A stretch of DNA of 64,000 bases from an uncultured delta proteobacterium (GCA_963828255.1 CAWHDZ010000018.1:1-64000); one strand, 5' to 3'. Positions 30,160 to 41,048 are shown, numbered from the stretch's first letter. A program made the numbers and translations. Notes: generated from the sequence alone by a model not told the origin.

Positions 30160-32720
30160 TGTCCATCGAAGCCCCCCTCGCCGCGCTCCTGCCCGCCTCC
30201 GGGGCCCCTCCCCTCGACGACTCCCAGGTCCTCGACGCCTTCGTCTCCTGGGTGGGCGCGTCGGGGCTCACGCTCTACCCGGCGCAGGAGGAGGCCATCC
30301 TCGAGCTGCTGGAGGGGCGCCACGTGGTGCTGGCCACGCCCACCGGCTCGGGCAAGTCGATGGTCGCCAACTTCCTCCACTTCCAGTGCATGGCGCGGGG
30401 AGAGCGCTCCTTCTACACCTGCCCCATCAAGGCGCTGGTGAACGAGAAGTTCTTCGACCTGTGCCGCCTCTTCGGCCCGGAGAACGTGGGGATGATGACC
30501 GGCGACGGCGCGGTCAACCGCGACGCCCCCATCGTCTGCTGCACCGCCGAGATCCTCATGAACGTGGCGCTGCGGGAGGCCAATCCCCGCGTCGATGCCG
30601 TGGTCATGGACGAGTTCCACTACTACGGCGACCGGGAGCGGGGCGTGGCCTGGCAGGTGCCCCTGCTCCTGCTCGAGAAGGCCCGCTTCCTCCTCATGTC
30701 GGCCACGCTGGGCGACGTGGACGTCATCGCCGAGGGGCTCGTCGCCCTGACCGGGCGGAAGATGGCCGAGGTGCGCAGCGACGACCGGCCGGTCCCTCTC
30801 GACTTCATCTGGCAGGAGACGCCGCTGCACGAGACCATCGAGGAGCTGGTCTCGGCGGGGCGGGCCCCGGTCTACCTGGTCAACTTCACGCAGCGTGCAG
30901 CGGCCGAGCAGGCCCAGAATCTGATGAGCGCGAAGTTCTCCTCCCGGGAGGAGAAGGACCGGCTCAAGGTGGCGCTCACCGGCTTCCGCTTCGACACCCC
31001 TTTCGGGAAGGACCTGGGCCGCTACCTGCGCCACGGCGTCGGGCTCCACCACGCCGGGCTCCTCCCCAAGTACCGGCTGCTCGTCGAGAAGCTCGCCCAG
31101 CAGGGCATGCTCAAGGTGGTCTCCGGCACCGACACCCTGGGCATGGGGGTGAACATCCCCATCCGCACGGTGCTCTTCTCCCAGCTCTGCAAGTTCGACG
31201 GCGAGAAGACCGCCATCCTGGCCGCCCGCGACTTCCGGCAGATCTCCGGCCGGGCCGGGCGCAAGGGGTTCGACGACCGCGGCTACGTGGTGGCCCAGGC
31301 CCCCGAGCACGTGGTCGAGAACAAGCGCATCGCCGAGAAGCAGGCCGCCGGGAAGAAGGTCGAGAAGAAGAAGCCGCCGCAGAAGGGCTACGTCCCCTGG
31401 GACCGGCTCACCTTCGAGCGGCTGCAGGCCAAGGCCCCCGAGCCGCTGGAGAGCCGCTTCGAGGTGACGTTCGGGCTGCTCCTCAACCTGCTCCAGGGGG
31501 AGACCGGCCGCCGCGGCGGCGGCTACGGGCGGCTCGTCGAGCTCATCGGCCGCTCCCACGGGAACGACTACACGCGGGCGCGCCACCGGCGCACCGCCGC
31601 CCAGCGCTTCCGGACGCTGCGCTCGGCCGGGCTGCTCGAGCTGCACGCCGTGGACGGGTACGCTGGACGCCACGTGCGCCCGGCCCGCGGGCTGCAGCAC
31701 GACTTCTCCCTCTTCCACACCCTCTCGCTCTACCTGCTCGACAGCCTGCCCCGCATCGACCCGGAGCGGGAGACCTACGCGCTCGACGTCCTCACCCAGG
31801 TCGAGTCGATCCTGGAGAACCCGGACGTGGTCCTCTGGAAGCAGCTCGACCGGGCCCGCGGCGAGGCGGTGGCCCGCATGAAGGCCGAGGGCAAGGAGTA
31901 CGACGAGCGCATGGCCGAGCTCGAGCACGTCGAGTACCCCAAGCCCAACGCCGAGTTCGTCTACGCCACCTTCAACGCCTTCGCGGCCCTGCACCCCTGG
32001 GTCGGGCACGAGAACATCCGTCCCAAGTCGGTGGCCCGGGAGATGGTCGAGCGGGCCATGTCCTTCAACGACTACGTCCGGGAGTACGAGTTGCAGCGCA
32101 GCGAGGGGGTGCTGCTCCGCTACCTCTCCGAGGCCTACAAGACGCTGGTGCAGAGCGTGCCCGAGACCTACCGCGACGAGGCCATGGAGGACGTGGTGGC
32201 CTTCCTGCGGACCACGGTGCGCGGCGTGGACTCGAGCCTGGTGGACGAGTGGGAGCGGATGCGCGCGGGCCAGGCCCCGGGCCTTCCCTCCGCTTCGGTG
32301 GGTCCGGGGACCGCCCCGGCGGCGCCCTCCTTCGCCCTCGACCCGGCCACCAATCCCCGCGGCTTCACCGCCCGCGTCCGGGCCGAGTTGCACCGGCTGC
32401 TCGGCGCCCTGTCGCGCCGGTCCTACGAGGAGGCGGCCACGCTCGTCCGGCAGCGCGCTGGCGACGAGTGGACGCCGCGGCGTCTCGAGGAGGCCATGGC
32501 GCCCTACTGGACCGAGCACTCCCACGTGGACGTGACGCCCCGGGCCCGGCGCCCCGACAACACCTTCCTCACCGAGGCCGCCCCGCGTCACTGGAGCGCG
32601 GTGCAGCGCATCGTGGACGAGGCGGGCGAGGTGGACTGGATGGTCGCGTGCGCGGTCGATCTGGAGACGCACCCCGACCCGGACGAGCCGCTCGTCGAGC
32701 TGGTCCGGATCTCGATCTGA
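30159..32720 (+). CDS. Ski2-like DEAD/DEAH helicase (DUF3516-type)
   Basis: TPTGSGKS, PIKALVNEK, MDEFH, MSATLG, HHAGLLPKYR, GRAGRKG, RSEGVLLRYL. ATG overlaps the upstream stop. Confidence 0.9.
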   Translation: MSIEAPLAALLPASGAPPLDDSQVLDAFVSWVGASGLTLYPAQEEAILELLEGRHVVLATPTGSGKSMVANFLHFQCMARGERSFYTCPIKALVNEKFFDLCRLFGPENVGMMTGDGAVNRDAPIVCCTAEILMNVALREANPRVDAVVMDEFHYYGDRERGVAWQVPLLLLEKARFLLMSATLGDVDVIAEGLVALTGRKMAEVRSDDRPVPLDFIWQETPLHETIEELVSAGRAPVYLVNFTQRAAAEQAQNLMSAKFSSREEKDRLKVALTGFRFDTPFGKDLGRYLRHGVGLHHAGLLPKYRLLVEKLAQQGMLKVVSGTDTLGMGVNIPIRTVLFSQLCKFDGEKTAILAARDFRQISGRAGRKGFDDRGYVVAQAPEHVVENKRIAEKQAAGKKVEKKKPPQKGYVPWDRLTFERLQAKAPEPLESRFEVTFGLLLNLLQGETGRRGGGYGRLVELIGRSHGNDYTRARHRRTAAQRFRTLRSAGLLELHAVDGYAGRHVRPARGLQHDFSLFHTLSLYLLDSLPRIDPERETYALDVLTQVESILENPDVVLWKQLDRARGEAVARMKAEGKEYDERMAELEHVEYPKPNAEFVYATFNAFAALHPWVGHENIRPKSVAREMVERAMSFNDYVREYELQRSEGVLLRYLSEAYKTLVQSVPETYRDEAMEDVVAFLRTTVRGVDSSLVDEWERMRAGQAPGLPSASVGPGTAPAAPSFALDPATNPRGFTARVRAELHRLLGALSRRSYEEAATLVRQRAGDEWTPRRLEEAMAPYWTEHSHVDVTPRARRPDNTFLTEAAPRHWSAVQRIVDEAGEVDWMVACAVDLETHPDPDEPLVELVRISI

Positions 32721-32738
32721 TCGGGGGCGGACGGCCGG

Positions 32739-33638
32739 CTACGCGAAGTAGAGCGCCAGCCCGGCGATGCCCACGAGCCCGACGGCGAGCGCGAGCAGGT
32801 AGAGCAGCGCCGCCGCCATGGCCTTGGGTGTGGTCCACCTCCAGCGCTGCCCGTAAACGCGCCGCAGGGCCAGCAGGAAGTACACGGGCAGCCAGAGCGC
32901 GAGGACCGGACCGGCCACGGTGCGCGGCCCCTGCCAGGGGAGGAGCCGCAGCAGGAGCAGGATGGTGAAGAGCGTGAAGGCGAAGGCGTGCAGGTGCAGG
33001 GAGAGCACCACGTGCTCGGAGAGCCAGCGCCGCCGCCAGAGCAGCGCCAGGATGAGCACCGCCGCCGGGACGAGGAAGAACATCACCCGCGGCACCCAGT
33101 CCTGGAAGGCCGCGTTGACGCGGGAGAAGAACTCCTTCCGGGGCATCCTCTCGAAGGCCTGCCAGCGGTCGTCGATGGTGCGGCCCAGCCAGCCCTGGGT
33201 CCGGAGCTCCTGGTGCTGCTCCTCGGTGCCGGCCGGGACGTGGGGCGCGTCCTTGCCGTCCTGGGGCTGCGCGAACGTGGGCTCGTCCGGCGTGACGTCG
33301 AAGCGGATGGGGTTGCCGTCCCCGGCGAGCCCGCTGACGAGGAAGAAGGCGAAGCTTGCGAGCAGGTAGAGCCGGAGCGGGGAGCTGAAGCGGGCGCGAC
33401 GGCCGCTGGTCCACTCCACCGTGAGAAAACCCGGACGGAAGAGGAACGGAATGACCGTGCGTCCCACCCGCGAGTCGAGCGAGAGGCCGTCCTCGACGGC
33501 GTCGAGCGCCAGGTCGCGGGCCGGGATGCGCATGTCCATGTTGCGCTGGCCGCAGTCCGCGCAGAAGGCCTCCACCATCCTCGACCCGCAGTTCAGGCAG
33601 GCCGCCGGCCGCGGCCTCGTGTCACGGGCGGAACGCAC
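32739..33638 (-). CDS. DUF3667 family membrane protein
   Basis: CLNCG...FCADCGQ, RPGFLT, PLRLYL, EHVVLSLH. GTG 33638 with GAGGAGG upstream. Confidence 0.8.
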   Translation of the reverse strand: MRSARDTRPRPAACLNCGSRMVEAFCADCGQRNMDMRIPARDLALDAVEDGLSLDSRVGRTVIPFLFRPGFLTVEWTSGRRARFSSPLRLYLLASFAFFLVSGLAGDGNPIRFDVTPDEPTFAQPQDGKDAPHVPAGTEEQHQELRTQGWLGRTIDDRWQAFERMPRKEFFSRVNAAFQDWVPRVMFFLVPAAVLILALLWRRRWLSEHVVLSLHLHAFAFTLFTILLLLRLLPWQGPRTVAGPVLALWLPVYFLLALRRVYGQRWRWTTPKAMAAALLYLLALAVGLVGIAGLALYFA

Positions 33639-33795
33639 CGGTGGGGGCCTCCTCGAGGAGCATGGCAGCCAGCGGGATGGCGAGGAGGGAGAACGGGGCC
33701 AGGATCCGGTTATAACCCCCGCGATTCCTCGATTTGCACTGCATTCGCCGAAGGGGGTTCTTGACACCCACCCTGACGGGGTCCATTGGTAACCC

Positions 33796-34164
33796 ATGTT
33801 CTCCGCACAGCAGCCCACACAGGGTAAGCGCTGGCCTCGTGGCCAGCGATTCACCCTCTCGGCGCCCGGCGTCGAGGCCGAGGCGGCCTACCGGGCGGCG
33901 GTCATGGACGTCCGCTCGCTGGGGCGCGACGCGCTCGCCCAGGCCGAGAGGCGCTGGGCCGAGTCGCTCGGGCTCTCGCCGGCGGACGGCATCGTGATGG
34001 CCGAGATCCGGCCGGGTCGCCGATCTCTGGCCGACCTGGCCCGGTCCCTCGAGGCCTGCGGGACGCCGGCGGCGCAGATCCGGGAATCGGTGGACCGCCT
34101 GGTGGAGAAGGGGCTCGTCGAGCCCCTGCCGTTGCCCGGCGCCGTGACGCCGCCGGCCGCGTAG
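33796..34164 (+). CDS. Hypothetical winged-helix-like protein
   Basis: C-terminal SLADLARSL...IRESVDRLVEKGLVE resembles a wHTH. Confidence 0.6.
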   Translation: MFSAQQPTQGKRWPRGQRFTLSAPGVEAEAAYRAAVMDVRSLGRDALAQAERRWAESLGLSPADGIVMAEIRPGRRSLADLARSLEACGTPAAQIRESVDRLVEKGLVEPLPLPGAVTPPAA

Positions 34165-34190
34165 GGCTGGGCCGCGGCCCGCCGCCTCGA

Positions 34191-34385
34191 GACAATGGCA
34201 AGGTAGTTCTGTTTCACCCGGACGAAACACGACATCCGTGTCGCAGTGACAAGGTCGCGCCCCTCCTGGACCTTGCCGACGACGAACGGGCCAGACTTCA
34301 TGCGTCACCCCGGCAAGCCGAGGATGAGATCGCTGCAGGCAAGTCCGTCGCCGCGGAGGATCTCGTTCGAGAGCTCCGGGCGCCA
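34191..34385 (+). pseudogene. Possible antitoxin-like gene remnant
   Basis: Start-less frame DNGKVVLF...LDLADDERARLHASPRQAEDEIAAGKSVAAEDLVRELR in lower-GC DNA. Confidence 0.35.
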
Positions 34386-34389
34386 TGGT

Positions 34390-34761
34390 TCACTCCGCGT
34401 GACGCCTCCCGGCCTTCCGCTCCGAGGTGTGGCGCTTCTCGGAGAGCCTGCGCTCCCGCGACCCCCGCGTGGGCTTCGTGGCCACCCGCCGCTTCGGCAC
34501 GTGGGAAAGCGCCTGCAGCCGCTCCCGCAGGCGGGTGAGCGCGGCCGAGCGGTTCTGGGCCTGGCTGCGCCGCTCGGTGGCCGTGACGGTGACGCCGGTG
34601 GGCCGGTGAACCAGGCGCACGCCGCTCTCGGTCTTGTTGCGGTGCTGCCCCCCGGGGCCCGAGGCGATGAAGAACTCCTCGTCGCACTCGGCCGAGAGGG
34701 CCTCGGCCGGGAGCGAGAGGGAGCGCCGCGCGGCGGCGCGGAGGGCGGGGGAGATCTCCAC
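34390..34761 (-). CDS. ArfB-like peptide chain release factor-family protein
   Basis: [25 protein letters not shown], basic C-terminal tail ([12 protein letters not shown]). Confidence 0.88.
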   Translation of the reverse strand: MEISPALRAAARRSLSLPAEALSAECDEEFFIASGPGGQHRNKTESGVRLVHRPTGVTVTATERRSQAQNRSAALTRLRERLQALSHVPKRRVATKPTRGSRERRLSEKRHTSERKAGRRHAE

Positions 34762-34765
34762 GGGG

Positions 34766-35476
34766 TCAGCCTGGCTGGTTGGGGTGGTCGGAGACGATGC
34801 GTCCGTCCACCAGCTCGATGATCCGGTCGGTGCGCGCGGCGAGCCTGTGGTCGTGGGTGACCACGAGGAAGGTCACCTTCTGGACCCGGTTCACCTCGCG
34901 CAGCAGCGAGAAGACCTCGTCGGCCGTCTGGGTGTCGAGGTTCCCGGTGGGCTCGTCGGCGAGCACGATCTTCGGATTCATGGCCAGCGAGCGTGCGATG
35001 GCCACCCGCTGCGCCTGTCCGCCGGACAAGGTGGTGGCGCGTGCGTCGGCGCGGGGCGAGAGCCCCACCCGCTCGAGCAGCGCCATCCCGCACTCCCGCA
35101 TCGAGGGCTCCAGGCGGCCCCTGTCCGCCGCCATGGGGATCATCACGTTCTCGAGGGCCGTGAACTCGGGCAGGAGGTGGTGGAACTGGAAGACGAAGCC
35201 GAGGGTGCGCCCCCGGTACCGGGTGAGCGCGTCGTCGTCGAGCGTTCCGGTGTCCTGGCCGTCGAGGAGGATGCGCCCGCCGGTCGGCTTGTCGAGCAGC
35301 CCCATGATGTGGAGGAGCGTGCTCTTCCCGGATCCGGACGGGCCCATGAGCGCGGCGAACTCGCCGCGGCGCAGGGAGAGGTCCACCCCCCGCAGGACGC
35401 GGGTGAGGGCCTCGCCCTCCCCGAAATCGCGGGTGATCCCCTCGAGCCGGAGGACGTCGGCGCCCGCTTCACCCAT
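34766..35476 (-). CDS. ABC transporter ATP-binding protein (LolD/MacB-like)
   Basis: [25 protein letters not shown]. Confidence 0.93.
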   Translation of the reverse strand: MGEAGADVLRLEGITRDFGEGEALTRVLRGVDLSLRRGEFAALMGPSGSGKSTLLHIMGLLDKPTGGRILLDGQDTGTLDDDALTRYRGRTLGFVFQFHHLLPEFTALENVMIPMAADRGRLEPSMRECGMALLERVGLSPRADARATTLSGGQAQRVAIARSLAMNPKIVLADEPTGNLDTQTADEVFSLLREVNRVQKVTFLVVTHDHRLAARTDRIIELVDGRIVSDHPNQPG

Positions 35477-36680
35477 AGCGGATCACCTCGGCCGGCTCGA
35501 GCCGGGCCGCGCGCCGGGCCGGGAACCAGGCGGCCAGCGTCCCGGTGAGGATGGCGACCGCCGCGGCGCCGAGGTAGAGCCCGGGCGTCAGGTCCACAGG
35601 GAAGAGCGGGTCGCCGGTGGGCGCGCGCGCCAGCCCGGCGAAGGCCACCGCCATCCCGGAGCCGATCAGGCCGCCCAGCACCGATCCGGCTCCCCCCACG
35701 AGCGCCCCCTCGAGCAGGAAGATGCGCTGGATCGTCCCGGTGGAAGTCCCGGTCGCCTTGAGGATGCCGATCTCGCGCGACTTCTGGATGACCGACACGC
35801 CCAGGACGCTGGCGATCCCCAGCGCCACCGCCAGCACCACCAGAACCTGGATCATCCAGCTGGAGGCCGACTGGGAGCGCAGGCCGACGAGCAGCTGTCG
35901 ATTCAGCTCCATCCAGCTGTCGGCGGAGAGGCCGTAGCGCCGCGCGATCTCGCGGGCCATCCGCTCGGCCTCGAAGATCTCGTCCACCTTCACCTCGATG
36001 GTGGTGGCGCCTCCGGGGATGTCGAGCATGGTCTGGGCGGAGCGCAGCGGGACGAAGACCCAGCGCGCGTTCACCTCCTTGTTGCCCAGGTCGAACACGC
36101 CCGAGACCGTGAAGACGTCGCCGCGCCCCTCGGGCGTGGCGAGGCGTACCTTGTCCCCGACGCCGACGCCCAGGTCCGAGGCGAGCACCGTCCCGATGAT
36201 CACCTCGGCCCCCTCGAGCGCGAAGCGCCCGGATCTCATCTTGGGGACGACCTCGATGACCCGGGCGAAGCTCTCCGGGTCGATTCCACGCAGGGTCACC
36301 GACTTGGTGGCCGGGCCCCGGCTCGCGAAGGCCGCACCGGCCGCGGTGGGGGTGGCGGCGACCACGCCGGGCATGGTCCCGATCGACGCCAGCACCTGCT
36401 GCCACTGCTCGATGGAGCGGACCCGGTCGGGCACCTTCTCGACGCGGTCGGCGACACGGTCTGGGGACGGGAGGGGACGGGCCACGCGCTCGGGGGCCTT
36501 CACGAAGACGTGGGCCTGCGCCGAGAGGGTCTGGGCCACCAGCGTGCGCTGCAGCCCGCTGATGAGCGCGGTGAGGAAGATGAGCACGGCCACGCCCACG
36601 GTGGTCCCGCCCAGCACCAGCGCCGTCTGGGCCTTCCCCTCGCGGAGGTACCGGATGGCGATGAACCACTCGAAGCGCAT
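35469..36680 (-). CDS. ABC permease (FtsX/LolC/MacB family)
   Basis: TM, periplasmic domain, 3 TM; REIGILKATG. Confidence 0.9.
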   Translation of the reverse strand: MRFEWFIAIRYLREGKAQTALVLGGTTVGVAVLIFLTALISGLQRTLVAQTLSAQAHVFVKAPERVARPLPSPDRVADRVEKVPDRVRSIEQWQQVLASIGTMPGVVAATPTAAGAAFASRGPATKSVTLRGIDPESFARVIEVVPKMRSGRFALEGAEVIIGTVLASDLGVGVGDKVRLATPEGRGDVFTVSGVFDLGNKEVNARWVFVPLRSAQTMLDIPGGATTIEVKVDEIFEAERMAREIARRYGLSADSWMELNRQLLVGLRSQSASSWMIQVLVVLAVALGIASVLGVSVIQKSREIGILKATGTSTGTIQRIFLLEGALVGGAGSVLGGLIGSGMAVAFAGLARAPTGDPLFPVDLTPGLYLGAAAVAILTGTLAAWFPARRAARLEPAEVIRYG

Positions 36681-36689
36681 GGTGGGCGC

Positions 36690-37898
36690 CTAGCGAGCCG
36701 GCTCGGTGCGCACCCGGCGCCCCGGCCCCACCTGCGCCGCGGCCGCCACCACCGCATCACCCGCCGAGAGGCCGGAGAGCACCTGGACGGTGCCGTCGCC
36801 GCGCATGCCGAGCTTCACCGGCTGGCGGACCGTCCGTCCGTCCCGGACCACGAGCACCCAGGGGTCGGCGCCCGGGTCCCGGATCGCCCCGGCCGGGAGG
36901 AGCAGGGCCTGGGGATCGCGCCCGGTCTCCACGTTCACCGAGACCGTCATGTCGGGGCGGAGGAACGGGGGTGGATCCTCCACGTCGAGCTTCACCTCCA
37001 CCGTCCCCCGCGCCAGGTCCACCGCCGGGGCGATGTAGCCCACCCGCGCGGGGAATGTCCGGTCGGGGAAGGCGTCGGCCGAGGCGGTCGCGCCCTGGCC
37101 GAGCCGGAGCAGCGCCAGGTTCTTCTCGTCGGGCAGCACGGAGAGCTGGGTCGCGCCGTCGCGGGCCACGACCAGGAGTCCGCGACCCGGCTGCACGACG
37201 TCCCCCGGCTCGACGTCGCGCTCGGTGACCACGCCCGCGGCCGGTGAGCGGATCGCCAGGTTGTCGAGCCTGGCCGCGGCCGCCTGCTCGGAACCGCGGG
37301 CCTGCTGGAGCGCCGCCTGCGCCAGGTGACGGTCGGCGCCGGTGGCCGCCGCTCCGGCCTGGATGCGCGCCGAGGCGAGCTGGCTGGCGGCCAGGTCGCG
37401 GACTTGCTGGGCGTCGTCGAGATCGGACCGGCTCACCGACCCCGCCTCGGCGAGCGTCCGGTTGCGGGTGAGCTTCACCTCCGCCTGGGCGAGACGGAGC
37501 TCGGCCTGCCGGACCGCCTCGGAGGTGACCTGGACCGACACCACGTCCACCTGCTCGAGCCTGGCGACGGCCTGCGCGACGGCCGAGCGGGCCTGGGCGA
37601 GCGCCGCCCTGGCCTCGACGTCGTCGAGCTGGACGAGGAGGTCGCCGGGCTTCACCCGGCCCCCCTTGTCCACGGGGACCGCGGTCACCCGCCCCACCAC
37701 GACGCTCCCCACCTGGATCCGGGCCGGGGCAAGCACCCTCCCGCTCGCCACCACGCGCTGGACCAGCTCGCGCTGCTCGACCACCCATACGGGGACCTTC
37801 GGGCCGAGCCATGCGCGCAGCAGGAGCGCCGCGAGAAGGATGGCCACCGCCCCGCCGAGGATGCGAAAGCGCCAGCGACGAGCCGTGGGAGACGCCAT
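36690..37898 (-). CDS. Efflux periplasmic adaptor (MacA-like membrane fusion protein)
   Basis: Lipoyl-like halves flanking a coiled coil; IRSPAAG, LRPDMT. Confidence 0.9.
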   Translation of the reverse strand: MASPTARRWRFRILGGAVAILLAALLLRAWLGPKVPVWVVEQRELVQRVVASGRVLAPARIQVGSVVVGRVTAVPVDKGGRVKPGDLLVQLDDVEARAALAQARSAVAQAVARLEQVDVVSVQVTSEAVRQAELRLAQAEVKLTRNRTLAEAGSVSRSDLDDAQQVRDLAASQLASARIQAGAAATGADRHLAQAALQQARGSEQAAAARLDNLAIRSPAAGVVTERDVEPGDVVQPGRGLLVVARDGATQLSVLPDEKNLALLRLGQGATASADAFPDRTFPARVGYIAPAVDLARGTVEVKLDVEDPPPFLRPDMTVSVNVETGRDPQALLLPAGAIRDPGADPWVLVVRDGRTVRQPVKLGMRGDGTVQVLSGLSAGDAVVAAAAQVGPGRRVRTEPAR

Positions 37899-37932
37899 TT
37901 ACGCGGGAGTATACTTCCAACCCGAGGTGCGC

Positions 37933-39102
37933 ATGGATTCGACGATGTGGGCGCTGGTCTACGATCGGAAGAAGGACCCCTGGAGCACGACCCGGGGTCT
38001 CCGCAAGGAGCAGGTGGTCCGGCCCAGCCTGGACGTCGGCAGGGACTACCGGGACGCCGGCATGGTCATCGTGAAGCCGCGCTTCGCCGGGTTCTGCGGC
38101 TCCGACCGCGGCATCTGGTTCCGCCGCGCCTTCGGCGAGATGATCCAGTCCACGCTCGCGGCCGAGGGGAAGGACGCGCGGGTCATCGGCCACGAGCTCC
38201 TCGGCGAGGTGGCCGAGGCCGGCCCGGAGGCGACCCGCGACTTCGGGCTGCGCCCCGGGGACGTCGTGTCCACCGAGAGTCACATCATCTGCAACACCTG
38301 CTACCAGTGCCGCATCGGCGACAACCACGTCTGCGCCACCGACCGCATCATCGGCATCAGCGTGGACGGCTGCTTCGCCGAGTACGTGAAGCTGCCGGCC
38401 CAGGCGCTCTGGCCCACCGACGTGTCCAAGATCCGGCCGGAGGTGGCGGCCCTCCAGGAGCCCTTCGGCAACGCCGTGCACGCCTGCACCAAGGTGAACC
38501 TGCGCGGCAAGTCGGTGGCCATCATCGGCTGCGGCACCATCGGCCTCTTCGCCATCGCCGTGGCCCGGGCGCTGGGCGCCCGGCAGGTGATCGGCGTCGA
38601 GCCCATGCGGACACACATCGAGATGGCCCGGAAGCTGGGCGCCGACGCGGTGGTCGAGCCCACGAAGACCACCGAGACCTCCTACGTCCACGACGAGGGG
38701 ATCACCCGGGCCATCCACGACCTCACCGGCGGCGTGGGCGTGGACGTGGCGCTGGAGATGTCCGGCTCCAACGCGGCGCTCAACACCGCCATCTCGGCGG
38801 TCCGGCGCGGTGGCCACGTCATCCTCTTCGGCCTGAAGAGCGGCGAGGCGGTCATCGAGAGCCTGGAGCGGGTCATCGTGGACGGCATCAGCCTCCACGC
38901 GGTGGTGGGGCGCCGGATCTTCGAGACCTGGCACATCACCCGGAACCTCCTCGAGTCCACCGCGCCCAACATCCAGGAGCAGGTCTGGAAGGTCATCCTG
39001 CAATCGGGCAAGGACACCGTCGTCCCCTTCTCGACCTGGGAACCGGTCTCCTTCGAGGAGAAGATCAAGGCCCACCCCAAGGTGCTCATCCAGTTTCCCT
39101 GA
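37933..39102 (+). CDS. tdh: L-threonine 3-dehydrogenase-like Zn-dependent dehydrogenase
   Basis: CGSD, GHE, ESHIICNTCYQC, EPFGNAVH, GCGTIG, LEMSG; paired with kbl. Confidence 0.82.
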   Translation: MDSTMWALVYDRKKDPWSTTRGLRKEQVVRPSLDVGRDYRDAGMVIVKPRFAGFCGSDRGIWFRRAFGEMIQSTLAAEGKDARVIGHELLGEVAEAGPEATRDFGLRPGDVVSTESHIICNTCYQCRIGDNHVCATDRIIGISVDGCFAEYVKLPAQALWPTDVSKIRPEVAALQEPFGNAVHACTKVNLRGKSVAIIGCGTIGLFAIAVARALGARQVIGVEPMRTHIEMARKLGADAVVEPTKTTETSYVHDEGITRAIHDLTGGVGVDVALEMSGSNAALNTAISAVRRGGHVILFGLKSGEAVIESLERVIVDGISLHAVVGRRIFETWHITRNLLESTAPNIQEQVWKVILQSGKDTVVPFSTWEPVSFEEKIKAHPKVLIQFP

Positions 39103-39117
39103 TCGGCAGGAGGCCCC

Positions 39118-40302
39118 GTGTACGAGCACGCCCGCGACGTCTTCGCCGCCACCCTCGACGAGATCCGCTCCGCCGGGACCTGGAAGGAGGAGCGGGTCAT
39201 CCAGTCCCCCCAGGGGGCCGAGATCGAGGTGGGCGGCCGCCGGGTGCTGAACTTCTGCGCCAACAACTACCTGGGGCTCTCCGGCGACCCGCGGCTCCTG
39301 GCCGCCGCCCGCGCCGCCCTCGACTCCCGCGGCTACGGCCTCTCGTCGGTACGCTTCATCTGCGGCACCCAGGACCTTCACCGGGAGCTGGAGCGGCGCC
39401 TCTCGGCCTTCTTCGGCTTCGAGGACGCCATCCTCTTCTCCTCCTGCTTCGACGCCAACGGCGGGGTCTTCGAGGCGCTGCTCGGCGAGCAGGACGCCAT
39501 CGTCTCCGACTCCCTCAACCACGCCTCGATCATCGACGGCATCCGGCTCGCCAGGGCCCGCCGCTACCGCTACGCCCACGCCGACCTGGCCGATCTGGAA
39601 TCGAAGCTCGGCGAGGCCGCCGACGCCCGCATCCGGCTCGTGGTCACGGACGGCGTCTTCTCGATGGACGGCGACCTGGCCCGGCTCGACGAGATCTGCG
39701 CCATCGCCGAGCGGCACCGCGCCATGGTGCTCGTGGACGACAGCCACGCCTCCGGGTTCGTGGGGGCCACCGGGCGGGGCACGGCCGAGCACTTCGGCGT
39801 CCGGGGACGGGTGGACATCCTCACCTCCACCCTGGGCAAGGCGCTGGGCGGCGCCGCCGGGGGATTCGTGGCCGGGCCCCGGGCGGTGGTGGACCTGCTG
39901 CGCCAGCGGGCCCGCCCCTACCTCTTCTCCAACACGCTGGCGCCGCCCATCGTGGGGGCGAGCCTGGCGGCGCTCGACCTGCTCGAGGGCTCGACGGCGC
40001 TCCGCGACCGGCTCATGGAGAACGCGCGGCGCTTCCGGGAGGGGATGACCGCGGCCGGCTTCCGGCTCAAGCCCGGCTTCCACCCCATCGCGCCCATCAT
40101 GCTGGGCGACGCGCGGCTCGCGGTGGACCTGGCGCGCGACCTGCTCGAGGAGGGGATCTACGTCGTCGGGTTCAGCTTCCCGGTGGTGCCGAAGGGTGAG
40201 GCCCGCATCCGCGTGCAGCTCTCCGCGGCCCACACGCCGGAGATGGTGGACCGGGCGGTGGAGGCCTTCGTGAAGGCGGGACGCAGGCGTGGCGTGATCT
40301 AG
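39118..40302 (+). CDS. kbl: Glycine C-acetyltransferase
   Basis: [42 protein letters not shown]. Confidence 0.96.
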   Translation: MYEHARDVFAATLDEIRSAGTWKEERVIQSPQGAEIEVGGRRVLNFCANNYLGLSGDPRLLAAARAALDSRGYGLSSVRFICGTQDLHRELERRLSAFFGFEDAILFSSCFDANGGVFEALLGEQDAIVSDSLNHASIIDGIRLARARRYRYAHADLADLESKLGEAADARIRLVVTDGVFSMDGDLARLDEICAIAERHRAMVLVDDSHASGFVGATGRGTAEHFGVRGRVDILTSTLGKALGGAAGGFVAGPRAVVDLLRQRARPYLFSNTLAPPIVGASLAALDLLEGSTALRDRLMENARRFREGMTAAGFRLKPGFHPIAPIMLGDARLAVDLARDLLEEGIYVVGFSFPVVPKGEARIRVQLSAAHTPEMVDRAVEAFVKAGRRRGVI

Positions 40303-41048
40303 AAGACGAACAGGAGCCCGGCGCTCCATGCCCAGTAGCTGGGGCCGAGCTGCCAGCTCTTCGACGACCCGAAGTCGTTGACGCTCGACCGGGTGAAGTC
40401 GAAGAAGAGCAGGGTCCGGTTGATGCCCACGTCGTAGTCCATCTGGCGCGACAGGCCGGTGTCGAAGAAGTCGAGCACGATTCCGATTCCGAGCGTGGCC
40501 GCCCAGCCGAAGGTGGCGCCCGAGCCTCGGTAGGTGACGCCCTCTGGAGAGGTCCAGGAGGAGACCCCGGACTGGCCGCTGGTGCTCCAGATGTAGTCCA
40601 CGATGGCGAAGCGCGCGTAGGGCTCGAGCGGGACGCTGAACCGCTCGTAGAACCACTCCCAGCGGTAGCCCACCTGGGCCTGGACCGGGATGATCATGAG
40701 GCTCGTGCTCCCGCCGCGGAGCAACGTGCCGTCGGCTCCCTGGTACCAGCCCTGCCCCCAGGCCTCCCAGAAGCCGGCGCCGACCCCGACGTCGAGCGTG
40801 CCGAACTCGGTGATCCAGACCGAGTTGTTGAACTGGGCCTGGACCATGAGCGGCCGCCCTGTCCCGAAGATGGTGGTGTAGGACGGATAGAGGGCGTTGG
40901 TGAACTCGCCGTCGATGTTGGGGCTGAAGGGGGAGAGCGAGACCTGGAACGATCCCCAGCGAGCGGATTCCTTGACGGTGAGGGTCGGGCTCTGGGCCGT
41001 GGCGGGCAGCGCGAGCAGGAGCGCCAGCGCGACGATGGCCGTCTTCAC
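40299..41048 (-). CDS. Outer-membrane beta-barrel protein (MXAN_2562-like)
   Basis: Signal peptide, amphipathic beta strands, C-terminal F (GLLFVF); coupled to the MYXO-CTERM gene. Confidence 0.7.
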   Translation of the reverse strand: MKTAIVALALLLALPATAQSPTLTVKESARWGSFQVSLSPFSPNIDGEFTNALYPSYTTIFGTGRPLMVQAQFNNSVWITEFGTLDVGVGAGFWEAWGQGWYQGADGTLLRGGSTSLMIIPVQAQVGYRWEWFYERFSVPLEPYARFAIVDYIWSTSGQSGVSSWTSPEGVTYRGSGATFGWAATLGIGIVLDFFDTGLSRQMDYDVGINRTLLFFDFTRSSVNDFGSSKSWQLGPSYWAWSAGLLFVF

